NCBI GenBank assembly: GCA_964016885.1
Contig: OZ024740.1
Span: forward strand, 306,900,001-306,964,000
Length of the DNA stretch: 64,000 nt
Source of the DNA: Eledone cirrhosa
Lineage: Eukaryota
Direction: 5' to 3'
The notes under the pieces were generated by a model. That model did no database searches. It was not told where the DNA came from and was given only the letters and a program-made list of their open reading frames with translations. Each line of letters starts with the position of its first letter. Positions within the stretch are counted from its first letter, which is position 1. A program made the position numbers and the translations under genes. Below are positions 13,480 to 26,659 of this stretch, one piece after another.

Positions 13480-14600
13480 GTAGTGTACAGCAGTAAAATG
13501 TTCACTTTATATAGTAATTATGGGATGTTGAGCTAGATCTTGGGAAGGACGTGAGGATGAAAGATAAGAAAACATTTTGTTATCTAGAAGAGATGTTGAA
13601 GGAAGAAGGATATATCAGACGTGACAATAGTTAGAATGAGATGTTCATTGAAGAAATTTAAGGGAGAGGTATATGCTGCATGTGTGAAAAGTGCCATGAG
13701 ATATGAGAGTAAGATATGGGTGAAGAATATGAACCAACAGAGTATTGCTTAGGGAAAGGTGAAAAATGAATTGCAGAGGATGATGAATGTGTGTTGAGGA
13801 AAGATGAAAGTGACTGGTTGAGGTATAGAGGATGGATTAAAATGGAAAAGCAGGTCATGGGGGAATGTGTTAAGATGCTTATTGTGTTCTTAATTATATA
13901 GCAAATCTTATAAATCTGACTAAAAAGTGTTTTTTTCCAGATTGTAATACCAGAGAAAAGTTAATGCAGAAAAGAAGCAGGTATACACAATATTATTATA
14001 AGTGCATGAGTGGGATGTTCAGGGAGTAGTTAGTAATAAAAGTGCCCATGAAATAAGTTCTGTTAGATACTCAGAAGGTTCCAAAGAATTAATTGATAGC
14101 TTCTTTTTCTAATGATGATCGATGACCAGTAGTGGGGGGCAGTGCTCCAAAAATACTATAGACAGAGTAAGGAAGGGACAGAAAAAGTTTAGGAAGCTAC
14201 TTTGCTTGCAGCAAAGGGATTCTTTTTCCAACTAAAGGGTAAACTGTATGATACCAGTGTACAAAATGCAATGTTACATGGTAGCAAAGTATAAGCACTG
14301 AATGTGGCAGGTTTGTGAAGGCTGGGAAGAAATGAAGCAATCATGCTCTGCAGGATGCATAATGTTAGTATACACGATGATAGAGAACAAATGAACAGAG
14401 GGAAAAACTAGGTATAATAGGAATGCAATGTAATGTGCAAGAGAGAAGACTGTGCTAGTACTAGCATGTGATGTATATAGATTGATGATAGTTAAGCAAC
14501 AAAATGCCAAGTGATTGAAGTAGAAGGAAACTGATGTCATGAAAGACATAGCAAGATGTTGAGCTGGAGAAGACCTAACGGACATAACAACCATGATACT
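13480..14600 (+). mobile_element. Very decayed RTE C-terminal fragments
   Basis: Recognisable KKFRKLL...KG..F.LKGKLYD...AMLHGS-like DNA near 14180-14290; the rest is weak. Confidence 0.5.
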
Positions 14601-15422
14601 AAAGACTTAGAAAGTTTTCTTTAATTCTAACAATGAAATAAGAAATTCTTTAAACTAACAAAGAATGTTTATTTTAATTAACTAATCAATTTGAAGGGTT
14701 GTTAAGATATTTTTCAATTGTGTCAAGGACCATGACAACCTCACTAGTATTGGTGATCTACCCAATATATGTTGTAAAGTGGTTGGTGATAGGAAGAGCA
14801 TCCAACCATAGAAAGCCTGCCAAACAAAGAGTTGGGAGAACCCTTCAGTTGTGTCAAAGACATGACAACCTCTCTAGTGCTAGTGCCATGATAAATGCAC
14901 TTAGTAGAACGTGGCTTGTCTGGGACGTCAGTAGTCTTGCTTCAGTACTGACTTGGTCTGTAAAAACCTGTCCAACCCTTGCTAGCAGGGAAAGTGGACA
15001 GAAATTATTATATGGTAAAAAGGCAAAATTAATATAATCTATATAACACTAAAACACTCATAGGCACATCTGTTTATTTGTATCTTAAATGTAGCTCAAA
15101 CAGTCCATTGTACCCTAAAAATATTTATGCCCCTTTGCCAAAAATAACATCCTGCAAATTTCATGGTCTAGAACCCTCAAAACAAAAGGATATTTTTCTT
15201 ATATAAATCAATGCAGATACACACAAACACTAGGCATATGAAACACACATAATTGCAAATGATAAGAAAAAACAAGACCGGGAGCAGGGATGAAGAAATA
15301 TTATCATTCATAAATAAAGATTTTGTATACAGATGTCAAATAAAAAAAAAATGAGTCAGAATTTGTGCCAGACATTAAGTGGGGTTGTTCTATGATTGTA
15401 TTGCTGCTATCATTATATGTTT

Positions 15423-15589
15423 GGCAGTATCGGTAGAGGGTTGGACGCCATGTTTTGACGGATAGAGTTACGGCCCTTGCCATTCTGAGTTCAAATCCCG
15501 CCGAGGTTAACTTTGCCTTTCATCCTTATGTGGGTCGATAAAATAAAGTACCAGTAATGTACTGGTAACTTGTGCCAAAAGTAGAAACA
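15423..15589 (+). mobile_element. SINE family 1 copy with 11-bp TSD
   Basis: TSD ATTATATGTTT at 15412-15422 and 15590-15600. Confidence 0.92.
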
Positions 15590-16141
15590 ATTATATGTTT
15601 ATATATATATACATCTTACATTTATAAACACACACACATATGTATAAACACATGGATGAGATACATCTTCATTCACACACACACACACACACTGATATAC
15701 CATTCATATGTTTCTTTTAAAATTCACCTTCACTGTTTTCAGTCATTCTAATGGTTTGCAGATATACTGGGGCACTGTTGTGAAGAGTTTTGTTCATAGT
15801 GATCTTACTACTTTTGTCAATTATTTTATTGATCCTAGTTGCAGAACCACTATGTTACAAGATTAAAGTAAGAACATAGATCCTCACATACACCCAGAGT
15901 GGTTTATTTCCCAGGCAATGCACATTATACAATATAAACATTGTTTCTTATATAATAAATCCATGCAAAATTGCTATATCATTCAACAAAATGGCCACAA
16001 ATTCAGTGCATTATTTCCTGGGCAATGCTCAATAGCCATCTAGAAGCGTCCAAATTCACATTTGCTTAATTTACAAGTAAGGAAGGTTAAATACTGAAAG
16101 CCAGAACTCTGCAGATAAGAAAAAAACAGATCTATATTTAC

Positions 16142-16229
16142 CAGGTGTATTAGTTATGTAACAATCCAAAGGAACCAGCCATTGGAGATGATTGAAAAAT
16201 ATCCAACATGTGCTGTGGACCATTTTCAG
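16142..16229 (-). other. Candidate 88-nt exon of a minus-strand host transcript
   Basis: On the minus strand: long polypyrimidine tract TTTTTTTTTTCTTTCTTTTTAAG acceptor, exon CTGAAAATGGTC...ACACCTG, donor GTAAAT. ATG at 16223-16221 in AAAATGG context. Confidence 0.45.
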
Positions 16230-18379
16230 CTTAAAAAGAAAGAAAAAAAAAAATTAAAACATTTTAATCTGAGAAAATTATTGAAATTTTAATGAGATAG
16301 TCATGTAAAATTTTGTATTTGGCTCTAGGATTAAACAAAGAATTCAGTTTAATATTTCTTTTTGTTTGGCCTCAAGTTGTTCTGATTTAGCAGACCTATA
16401 ATTAAAGAAATTTCTCCAAAGATCACATCATCTATTTTATAGACCTCGTGTATAACGAGAACATTATCAAATGTTTATTTATGAGATGGTAGGGTGTAGT
16501 GAGAGATAGATTTGATTGCTACGTCTAGTAGGTTGAACAACTGCACAGAGGTTCCTTTGCCTGCAGTGCTGTTCCTATTTAGCCCCAGATTAACTCTGAT
16601 GAAGCAGACCAATAGTCAAAGACATTCAAGCATTCAGTCTTTTACCCAACATATCTACATTATTATATTATGCGATGGTCTCTTCCTGTTCAATGTGAAT
16701 TGTTGGCAATTTGGCAACCATTTCTATCAAATTGAGGTTCCATTTTATTTTCATATTTTTAAACCAATGCATAACAGATTTAAGAATCTGTACATTGTAA
16801 TTATAGTTATATTTTAGTACATTTTTAAAACATAAGTGTAAAAATAAATTTTCTCTATTCTCTACATCGCATTTTTTGTTGAAATATTTAATACATTTTT
16901 AAAATAAAATAAAATGAAAACAAATTCATTATAAAATTTAATAAAATTGTAGCATTTTTAAAGAAAAAAGTTGCCATTGTTGGTGTAGAAGCGATCACCA
17001 CCTTGTTTACATTTGCGGAGATGTTTACAGCTTAATTTAAGGGTCATTGCAGCACTAAAACTCCACTATCCAAAGACATGGGGGGAGGGGACTTTTCTGG
17101 GAAATTTTTTGAAAAAAAAAGTGCATCGTATAAGCTATCAAATATGGTAGTATTTTCTTTCACTGCTTTTATTTCATAGCTAAAAGAGATATGGACATTG
17201 TAAGCCAAATGTAAGTGATCTGTCTATGAGAGCAATAGCTATGAATAAAACCTGATAGGGCATAGAGGGTATTCTATAGCCCTACCAATGACAATCTCCC
17301 TAGTGTTATGGCAACAAGATAAAATGTTGAAAGTCTATTGCTGTAAAGTGGTTAGTGATAGCAAGGCTATCCAGCTATTAAAAATCATGTTATAGGCAAT
17401 AAAGCCAAGCAAGTTGTCTTTTTTGCTGTGTGTATCAGATGAAGGACTGCAACAACATAATTTTGTATAAAACCCATATGTTGAATTACTGTCTTAATGA
17501 AATATGCAATAATTTCTTCATTAATTAATTAAAATAGAATGTATTACATTAGAAACACAGTCACAAAAATGTTTTGATACAAGCAGCAACCAAATAAATG
17601 ACTGGTTGTAAATATCTTACTTTACAGGAAAAATAACTCAAATTGTTTTAGTTATTAATGAAAAAGAGACAGGAAATAAATTAGACCTTGACAAACATTT
17701 GTCCATGATTGTTATCAAATTGTAGATAAATAATTAAATGAGAAAACTACTATTTCTATTCCCCAGTAATAGTGCATTAAAAGTAACTGAAAGAAAAGAT
17801 ATCTGGAACATTATTTAATCTTTAGAGAAAAAATTGCTACTACAACAGAAATCTAGTTTTGGCTGGAATGTATGACTGTTAAAAATAGTCCTCTCTAAGC
17901 ACTTTTAACATATAATGAATGGTAAAGGAACTGACACTTAAAAACTATGAAATAGATGGAAATAAGACAATAGAACATATATAATTACATGTACATACAT
18001 AATAGAATATGTGTGAATATAAATACATGCACACATACATGATGGGTTCCATCATCAACATTGCTAAGAGTATTCCAGTTGTCTGATCAACCAAACAACC
18101 TACTCATAGCATTATAGTGCAAGTAGCTGAGTATTCCACAGATATCTGTATTCTTAATATAATTTTCAGACAAACACTGCATTACTGGTTGGTACACTAT
18201 GCCAATGGCTGCTGCCTACACAATATTTTACAAACAACTTGTGTGTCAAGAAATGGTTATAGAAGGTGCCATGCAGTAGTATTGGAGTATAGAACCTGTT
18301 CTACACGTCTTCTTCGTCTATTTATTCCTGGGAGGATAGTGGGGCTCCTCAAACATGCCTTCCAGAGAGTCCTATCAGA

Positions 18380-18690
18380 AGTAACTATCTCCAATTGATC
18401 CGGTGAGATCCTCAAGGGAGACCAACTGAGCTTATAAATGTTATTCAACAATCTTGCTCAGGGTCTCCAGCTGATTGATTTTGTCTGAAAATCTGTCCAG
18501 CAATTCTTTCCCTGAGACATTCAAACCACATGTCTATAATATCAGAGCTGTGATATCTCAATGCAGAAAATTAGCAGTTTTACCTTGGGCATAATTCCTA
18601 ATCTCCCATCTATGCACCCTATCGAGTAACGTTACTCCAAAGACTCTTTGGGAGAGCCCAATTTTGGCCACTTGTATTCGCAACTATCCT
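18380..18690 (-). mobile_element. Decayed LINE fragment homologous to 8160-8450
   Basis: The reverse complement contains CGAATACAAGTGGCC...TTTGGAGTAACGTTACTC. Confidence 0.55.
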
Positions 18691-19501
18691 CTTATTATAT
18701 ACACATACACAAAAAGGAATAGTTTTACTGGAATGCCTTGGGTTATAGGTTTCCCTTTTGGCATGGGGCTACACAACATGAACTCAGAAATGTTTAATCT
18801 CACCCAATGTATTTCAATTTCTCATTCTCTACTGGATGTCATTCAAATTTGAATCTATTTGAAATTTAGTTAGAATTCTCTCTTTTGCTTTCAAACAAGA
18901 ATTACCATAAACAATGTTTTTTTTTTCTTTCATTATGAGTGCAATTTTAGTTCAGAAATTTTTTGTGGGGGCTCTACATTAGATATGTTGGCCACCACTT
19001 AAATATCGATAAGTGTGTTTATCATACATACACACACAAATGCACATCAAAATATATAGGTGCTGGTAAGGCTATGTGGTTAAGAACTTTACAATGTTCC
19101 ACCTTAGGAAAGTATCTTTCAGCCAATAACTTGTAAGTGGGATTGACTAAATGAAACTATGCACAAGCTCATGTATATAATGTTAAGCAACACTATATCT
19201 TGTAACTTAGAAGTTCCAGAAATAAAGTCATTGAACTGTGGCTATATCACCTACATATAAATACATAAGAACGGATCACCATTAGTTTTGATGATGAGTG
19301 TTCTAATTGTTGATACATGAAATGGCTTACTTGTTAAATTAATGTGCAAATGGCTGGGTATTCCACAGAAACATGTACCCTTAACATAATCTTCAAGGAT
19401 ATTTAGCATGAAATATTGTATGACAAAGCTGGATTTTTACATGTATAATCAATCTGATGGGCTTCCAAATGCTATTATTGAGCATTAATGTATATAATAC
19501 A

Positions 19502-19691
19502 AGGGCAGTGGATTGGCAGTATCGGTAGAGGGTCGGACGCCATGCTTTCCAGCATAGTTACGTCCCTTTACGATCTGAGTTCAAATCCCGCCGAGGTTGA
19601 CTTTGTTTTTCATCCTTACGGGGTCGATAAAATAAAGTACCAGTAATGCACTGGATAATTGCTGGCCGGCCTTGTGCCTAAAGTAGAAACA
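19502..19691 (+). mobile_element. Full-length SINE family 1 copy with 18-bp TSD
   Basis: A-box-like TGGCAGTATCGG and B-box GTTCAAATCC. TSD ATTAATGTATATAATACA at 19484-19501 and 19692-19709. Confidence 0.95.
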
Positions 19692-20140
19692 ATTAATGTA
19701 TATAATACACCATACTCGTGTAGTAGACTTCCTATAATGAATGTAATGAAAATAGTGAGTTTTAGCAATGCAATCTTCACTTTCTCATATCTCTAATTCG
19801 GGTAGATGAATATAAGTATATGTTGTTTGCATATGGAATTACATTTTTATCCTTAAAAAATTATAGCAACAGTACTTGAAATTTAACAGAAACATTCCTT
19901 TGGAATTTCTTGCTATTTGTCTAAGAATGATTTCTCAGTTTTCAATTCAAATGATGACCATGTACACATGAATAGAAGAATATATACATTTTCATCCTTG
20001 AAAAACCTGAAATAGGATTTCTAATTTTCAGTATATTACTAATGCTATCATTATTGAAAACATTACTTATATTAACAAACATTGTGTATACATCATAGCA
20101 GCTGATCTCTTGGACTTTTACAAAGTGCTGAGGGGGTAAA

Positions 20141-20355
20141 GTAAATTTAAAGAATGGTGTGCTCAAACATGGAAATGCTATAAAATAGGGTGAAGATCTT
20201 TAAAGATGAAAAAAGAAGTTGCCATCAGCAGCTATGAGGAATCAAACCTCGTATCTCTCAGATATTGGCCTAGGTGCTTGATGGCAACTTCACTTTCTAC
20301 CTTTAAGGATCTTCACCCAATTTAATAGCATCTCCACACCATCTTTATATTAACA
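20141..20355. repeat. Imperfect inverted repeat, about 80-bp arms (old MITE or foldback)
   Basis: GGGTGAAGATCTTTAAAG...AAGTTGCCATCA versus TGATGGCAACTT...CTTTAAGGATCTTCACCC. Confidence 0.8.
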
Positions 20356-21837
20356 TTACTTATATTATTTTTCTCATGCATTAGAACCAGTTTGTTATCC
20401 AATCTCATTAAGATAAATGGTGGTCTTGTGTCTTTCCCCACAGTAAAGGATATCAGCCATTGAAAGGTAATTCTATTTTAAATACAGGTAGAATACTAAA
20501 CTATTGCTTCAGTCTTAATATCCTGTAATGAAAATTCAAATGTTTATAGTCTCTCTACTAGTGGACAGATTGTTAAAATCTGCAATATTAGGACAAAGGC
20601 TTTATTTTTTTCTGAGGTACAGTCATAGAGCAGTGCTATTCTATTCTGTACTTTTCAAGAATGTCTTGCTAATGCAGTTTCATGTGGTACAGGATGTTAA
20701 GAATTAAATGATACTATGGAAATGCTTATCTCAATAACACCACCTTTATATATAAGCCATATTAAATAACCAACCTATACATAGAAAATACTAAATCACA
20801 AATAATTTGCCTAGAATGTTTAGAAAAAAATTCTAAATATCTAAGTTTAAAATGTTATATTAATAAAATGTTTCACTAAGTTAAGAAATAAAAGTTCTCT
20901 TAGTTCAATCCAGACCAAGACACCTCTTGATAGAAAATTAAAACTTGATATAAATATTAAAATATTGTTCATTTCTGTTGATGAAGTTAACATTACAAAA
21001 CATAATTTTATCAAGAAATTATAACTTTTTTTTTTTTTTTTTTTTTACACATTTCAGGTAGTAACATATAAACTTGGAAATAAATAATTAAATATATAAC
21101 TGATTGCTCTTCAGAGTACCATTAATTGATGCTTGCATACACCTCTTAATAATACTAACGATAGAGAACTGCATTGAGCTTTTTTTATTCTTAAAAAAGG
21201 TCTGTTGGTATCAAATGTGTTGATTTCTCTTCTAAAAAGAGGTCTTTTTAAATTTGTTGATATTTTAAATTAACTTTTGACTACTTAATAAACAAAAAAT
21301 GGTGGCTTGAGTTTCCATAGTTGTAGAGATCTTTTGTTGCCTTGTTTCTTGGCACCCTCCTATAAGTAAACTACTAACAAGAATACTAAATCCTTCGGGG
21401 AGGGGAGGGGGGGGATCAATAGAAGTGGCTTTAGGAGAACATCAAATCTACAGAGGAAGGTGCCTTCCAGTAGAACATAGCAATGAGGGATGCTAACAAA
21501 TTAAAATCAACAGGCTTGTACTTATATATTAGCAGTGCATGGCAAACATTCAGCTGTGGATGTCATGTGATCACTAATTTTGGAAATTTACAGAGTAATG
21601 ATTATTAACAGTGGTATTGAAAGTGGATGTTGATATTTAGTGTTCCATCCAAATATTGTTGAGAAACAAACACCCACGGATTGCTTGTAATTACATAGAC
21701 TTTCCTGTAACTTAAATGCTTTGTACTCCTGAGAGTTATTAGGGACACTGTTGTTACATCCAGGTCAGAATACAGAAAAATATAGAGAGAAAGAATGAAA
21801 GAGAGATATAGAGGAATGTCTTTCTCAGTGCTGGACA

Positions 21838-21960
21838 AGTACATTATTTATGGACCTTTGAAGGATGATAGGTAAAGTTGACCTCAGCTTGTTCTGAACT
21901 TAAAGCAGATAACCAGAACATATATCACAAAGCATTCTGACATTCTCACGATTCTGCCAC
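21838..21960 (-). mobile_element. Old degenerate SINE family 1-like fragment
   Basis: GAAGGATGATAGGTAAAGTTGACCTC resembles the reverse complement of the SINE core. Confidence 0.55.
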
Positions 21961-24387
21961 CACATTACAGTTTGTTTCTTATTGATGGCAAAAGATCTAT
22001 GGTGTGATTTAAGTTCTGGAACTAAAGAATACTGGGATACCAATATAAGGGATTCTTTTGCTGCAAATTCTTGCAGGTTTTGGAGCTTCATCAGCAGAAC
22101 AAATAAAGATTTCTAAATATCCTATTAACTAAATATTTCAATCAACTACTTCTGCAACAACAGGGATTTGAAGTTTTTAAGGGAATTGTTTTCGTCTGAC
22201 TGGCTTAAAACATAACGAGGGGTGGGGTACGTGCGAGAAAGCATATATGTAGCTCCGTGAAAAATTCTCAATACCCATTGTACGAGGCAATGCTGCTTGC
22301 GTCCTCTAGTCATTTTCAACTGTTTTTGTTTTTATTACTATGTATATTCTAATTACCAACGGAAATAATTCACTATAATGTCGGTAAACGGTTACATATC
22401 CGTTTTACTGTTGAAGGTGTAAGAAGCTACACAAACGTTGATGTAAATCAATTATATAAGTAGAGGATATCGAACACAATCTTGATGGAAAAATATGTAG
22501 ATGTTAAGTGAATATTATCGCCTTTTTTAGTATGACTTATATTACATATAAGTTATACTAAAAAAAAGTACAACTAAATTGTCTGTTTTAAGATATCACT
22601 GGCATAAGTTATCAAACCTAAAATAATTTTAATTTGGAAATTAAAAAAAAAAAAAAAAATAGTTGAATAGGCTGTCACATACTTCTAAATAGAGAAATGA
22701 AGACAATACACGTTGATCTTAACGAAGTCACCAGATAAAATTGCAATATCATTTAAGCTAGTATTGCAATAACTGCTGACTACGAGGCTTTATTTATCTC
22801 CCTTATCATATATATATACCATACTATTTACTAACTATCCCAATTGCAGGAATACCCTAGTTTATATGCCTTAACAGGATGAGTGTACAGTGGGTTTCGA
22901 TAAATGTTATATACAACTTTGCAAAACGTTTGTTGATTTGATTCGAACTATATGTCTACACTTGGGCGATAACTATACCCGTATTAATATTGTAACTAAA
23001 TAACTATTTTAATTAACTTCCAGTGTCATAAACTTAGCGCATAGTTGTAAATATTAAAATAACAGCAGATAGAGATTATTTAAAAATAAAAAAAGAAATA
23101 ACTGAATAAAATGGAGTTATTTCCCTTAGATCAACATTTTTCTATTGACAAATTTCAAATGCGAGATTAACACACACGCATGACGAAATAGCATTAAATG
23201 TTTTAGTAATTGTTCTATCCAATTTACTGTCAAACATACCAGTCTACCATTAAACAACGCTATATGCCTAACAAATTAGAAGATGAAAGCTATACGACTG
23301 ACAATATAAACTTTAAAAATGGACTGCTATATATAAATATTTAGAAGGAACTTTGACAAACCAGAATGTAGTTGATAGCTTTAGGTGTGTAATGACTATT
23401 GACTATTAATGAATAACAACACAGAAAGACGCTATGTAGATAATTAGATTTTAATATATATGTATATATTTAAAAAGCAAAAGCCTGGAAATATTGGTTG
23501 AAGGGCAACAATTGTGATAGATATTAAACTAAATTACGATGCAGCGGCACCAACATCAGAGAAGTTATAACTCAGTGAGGGAATGCCATGATGACGTAAT
23601 TACCATGTGGTCTGTGACGTTGAGAGGTTATATAAATACTTTATGCACATGTCCAAACATAACGCACGTGCTTAACATTCAACAGGTTAGTCACTATTCC
23701 AACCAGCATGTTGGACACGGACTGAGGAAAGCGAGTGCCACGTAAAATCTAAAGATGGCATTTGAAACTCATATTTTCAGTTTTAGTGGAAATTGTAAAA
23801 GGTTTTCAACAATGAACTTTATACCCTTAGTTGAATTCACTTAAACACTAAAAACGATAAAGAAAAAAAAAATAACGAAAAGCAGCATTAAGAAAGAACT
23901 GGGGTTTGATACATATGTCAGAAAATATTTGAAGTAAATAAGAATAGAAAAATTTCGTCGGGACATGAATTCGTAAAATGATTGAAGTTGAAAACAACCC
24001 ATTTTATAAGCTGTTGTTTTATCACATATAATCAATATGCAAAGTTGCTATTTATATGTTTGAGGTTAATCTGTTGTGAACCGAAAAACATACACAAGCC
24101 CTTAAGAAACGGAAAATTATAATTAATTACCTCAATTATGACCAATTGAAAAAATATCGACGATGTATCATTGTAAAAATTTGGTTTAATTAAAGCGAAT
24201 CAAACATTTGGTTGATTAAAACGAATCAAACATTAATGGATAAACATGGTGCCAGCCATACTTGTAGCTAGTACAGCGGCTGTAAAAAGTTATTTAGTGG
24301 AGGGTCTTAAGAGAAACAGCTGCTAAATTGCAGCAACTAGAGGGGAAAAGAGAAAATAAGTATTTAAAAAACCTAAGTTATACCTAC

Positions 24388-24400
24388 CTTGAATGAAATT
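24388..24400 (-). other. Candidate 13-nt microexon
   Basis: Minus strand: TTTTTTTTGTTTTTGTTTCTAAACAG|AATTTCATTCAAG|GTAGGT. An upstream donor GTAAGT lies at 24642-24637. Confidence 0.45.
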
Positions 24401-24799
24401 CTGTTTAGAAACAAAAACAAAAAAAATCTAGTCAATTATATGTATTTAGTCAGTAAAAGTACACTGGATCGCTAAACATTTTTAGCCTGCTACGTACACA
24501 TACTCTCCACCCTCACTATCTCTCGCACACACATTCACACCCCAATGTTGTTTTTTAACCGTTACACACTATCTTCGCAAACATGAAGACCCACATGGAA
24601 GGTAAATAAAACTAAAAATAATAAAATGTATAGCAAACTTACTTTGTCAAAATTAGTGTGTTTTTGCATTTTTTAACACGATGGGCTTAACTCCAGCTCA
24701 GGTAAGTCTTGTATGTAGTAGGTTTGAGAATACATATATATTATTGTGTGTGATATATAAGTGTATAAAGCAATAAGCTAACCAGCGCTTTGGTGTTAG

Positions 24800-26100
24800 T
24801 TCACTGCTTTGCACTGGTTGGATTAAATATGTTCAGGCGGTTGGTTTTGCGACTGCAGTTGTAAATCCGTCGTTAGTGGCTAAAGAAAATACAATAGCGC
24901 GTAGAATGCCAGCTGTCCGAGAGTTGTTCGTTCTGCTATGAGCATTGGCTGGAATCGTAGCCCGAAAACCTGCAGCCATGCTGCACAGGGCGGGCAGTTG
25001 AGGAAACTACTACTACCACCATCGCCACCACCATTACTCCTACTGCTGACTGTTTTTCACTGAGCTGGCCAGCTTACTAAACAGGCAAGTTTACGCAGCT
25101 TACACTGAATGAAGTTCTCGAACTACAGTACTATTTACTTTCAAGTTCGTCATTCGCACTTGCTAGGTGGCGTAGAGGCAGTAGATTTGAAGAGAAATAG
25201 TTTCAACAAAACGTAAACCACTATTACAACTTTACCAACTGGAGCATTGTGATGCGATTAGAATAAATCTTTACTACTTCCTCCTCTACTTGATTAACAT
25301 ACTCGCAGCAGAGCCGGAGAGAAGCACAACTATAGAATAGGGCGCATGCACGCAGTAAGGCGGACAGCCGTTATTCTACTGCCGGCACCACCACTTGGAC
25401 GTGCATCAGTTAAACAGTGAGTGAGGAAATGAAGGAAGGAAAGATGGGGCCCGGCAGGGAGAGAGGTGGGTGGAATAGAGGCAGTCAGTGAAGCGAAGAG
25501 TACCAACAACACGCAATAACAACATTCGAAATACAGGACGTTATTGCTAGAAACACACGTAAGCCTGATATCACAACACCATAAGTATAAATACAGGATG
25601 CACAGCTGGTGGATTGATCGAGCAAAATGCCGAGCTGTCAACTTGCAAATTGCCACACAATCTGTGTGCGTGCTCAGCGGCATTATTTCACATTCAATAT
25701 ATACTATACCCTATTTTAGTTCTTATAAATCTTATCTCTCACATGCCCCACACTTCTTCTCCACAACATTCTCTCTTTCCCACTCGCCCCACCGTTTCAT
25801 AATGCAAAATGTGGAAAATTTTTCCAGATCATGTTCAATGCAACACCAACAATACGGACAACGTCTATTTTAATGTACTTATGAGGTATATGCTGCAAGA
25901 TTATTGATGATGATAATAAAGAAAAGCAATCCATAGTTATAAACTCAGCTGGCTCCCCTTCTATATATTATTTGATTGGTATAAATGTAACCGGTTTCAG
26001 TCCACTAAGCAGAAGGTTCACGTGACTGACAAACACACAGACACAGGCGTAATAGCTGTCCACTTGTGTCCGAAAAAAGGCTATCACTAACAATTTAAAA
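24800..26100. promoter_or_regulatory. CpG-enriched, repeat-free promoter-like region
   Basis: Local rise in GC and CpG. GCGCATGCACGC (NRF1-like) near 25342, ATTGG plus TATAAA at about 25975-25986, and CACGTGAC near 26019. Confidence 0.4.
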
Positions 26101-26617
26101 GATAATCGTGTTTTTAACAGTGGCTCTTTCAGTCTGTTAAGATTTTCAACGTGTCGTTTGGCAGACCTTAAAATATCAGTATGCAGAGGTATATTTTTAT
26201 GTATAGCACATACAGTACTACTAAGTGATCACCAGCGAAACTTCACAAAGTATGCTTTGTACTTTATATGCCACTTAAAGTATTGAGTGCTTCTCTCTGT
26301 TAATGTTAGATTCATTTTATGTATAAGTTAACGCAAAATACACACTACATTGACACACACTCGCATGTGTGTGTGTCTATTATATGTGCGTTAATTATAT
26401 ATGTATTTGTGTGTGTGTGTGCATATATATATATACTTACACACACACAAATACATATGTAATTAACGCACATTTATATATATATATATATATGAGCATA
26501 GATGGATTTATGTGTGCATATATATATATATTTGTGTGTGTGCATATATATAATATATATATATATGAGCATACATGGATTTATGTGTGCATATATATAT
26601 GAGCATACATGGATTTA

Positions 26618-26659
<42 letters not shown>

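Noticed and set aside
12660-17150. Possible pogo/Tc1-like terminal remnants at about 12668, 13445 and 17110-17149
   Set aside because: Only short TIR-like strings without a matching partner end or transposase relic; too weak to annotate.
21900-22110. 63-aa minus-strand ORF as a possible exon
   Set aside because: Weak acceptor, no recognisable homology, and its end overlaps a decayed SINE.
24681-24707. Plus-strand mini exon ATG...CAG|GTAAGT (MGLTPAQ)
   Set aside because: Good donor, but no downstream plus-strand exon was found and the match is too short to exceed chance.
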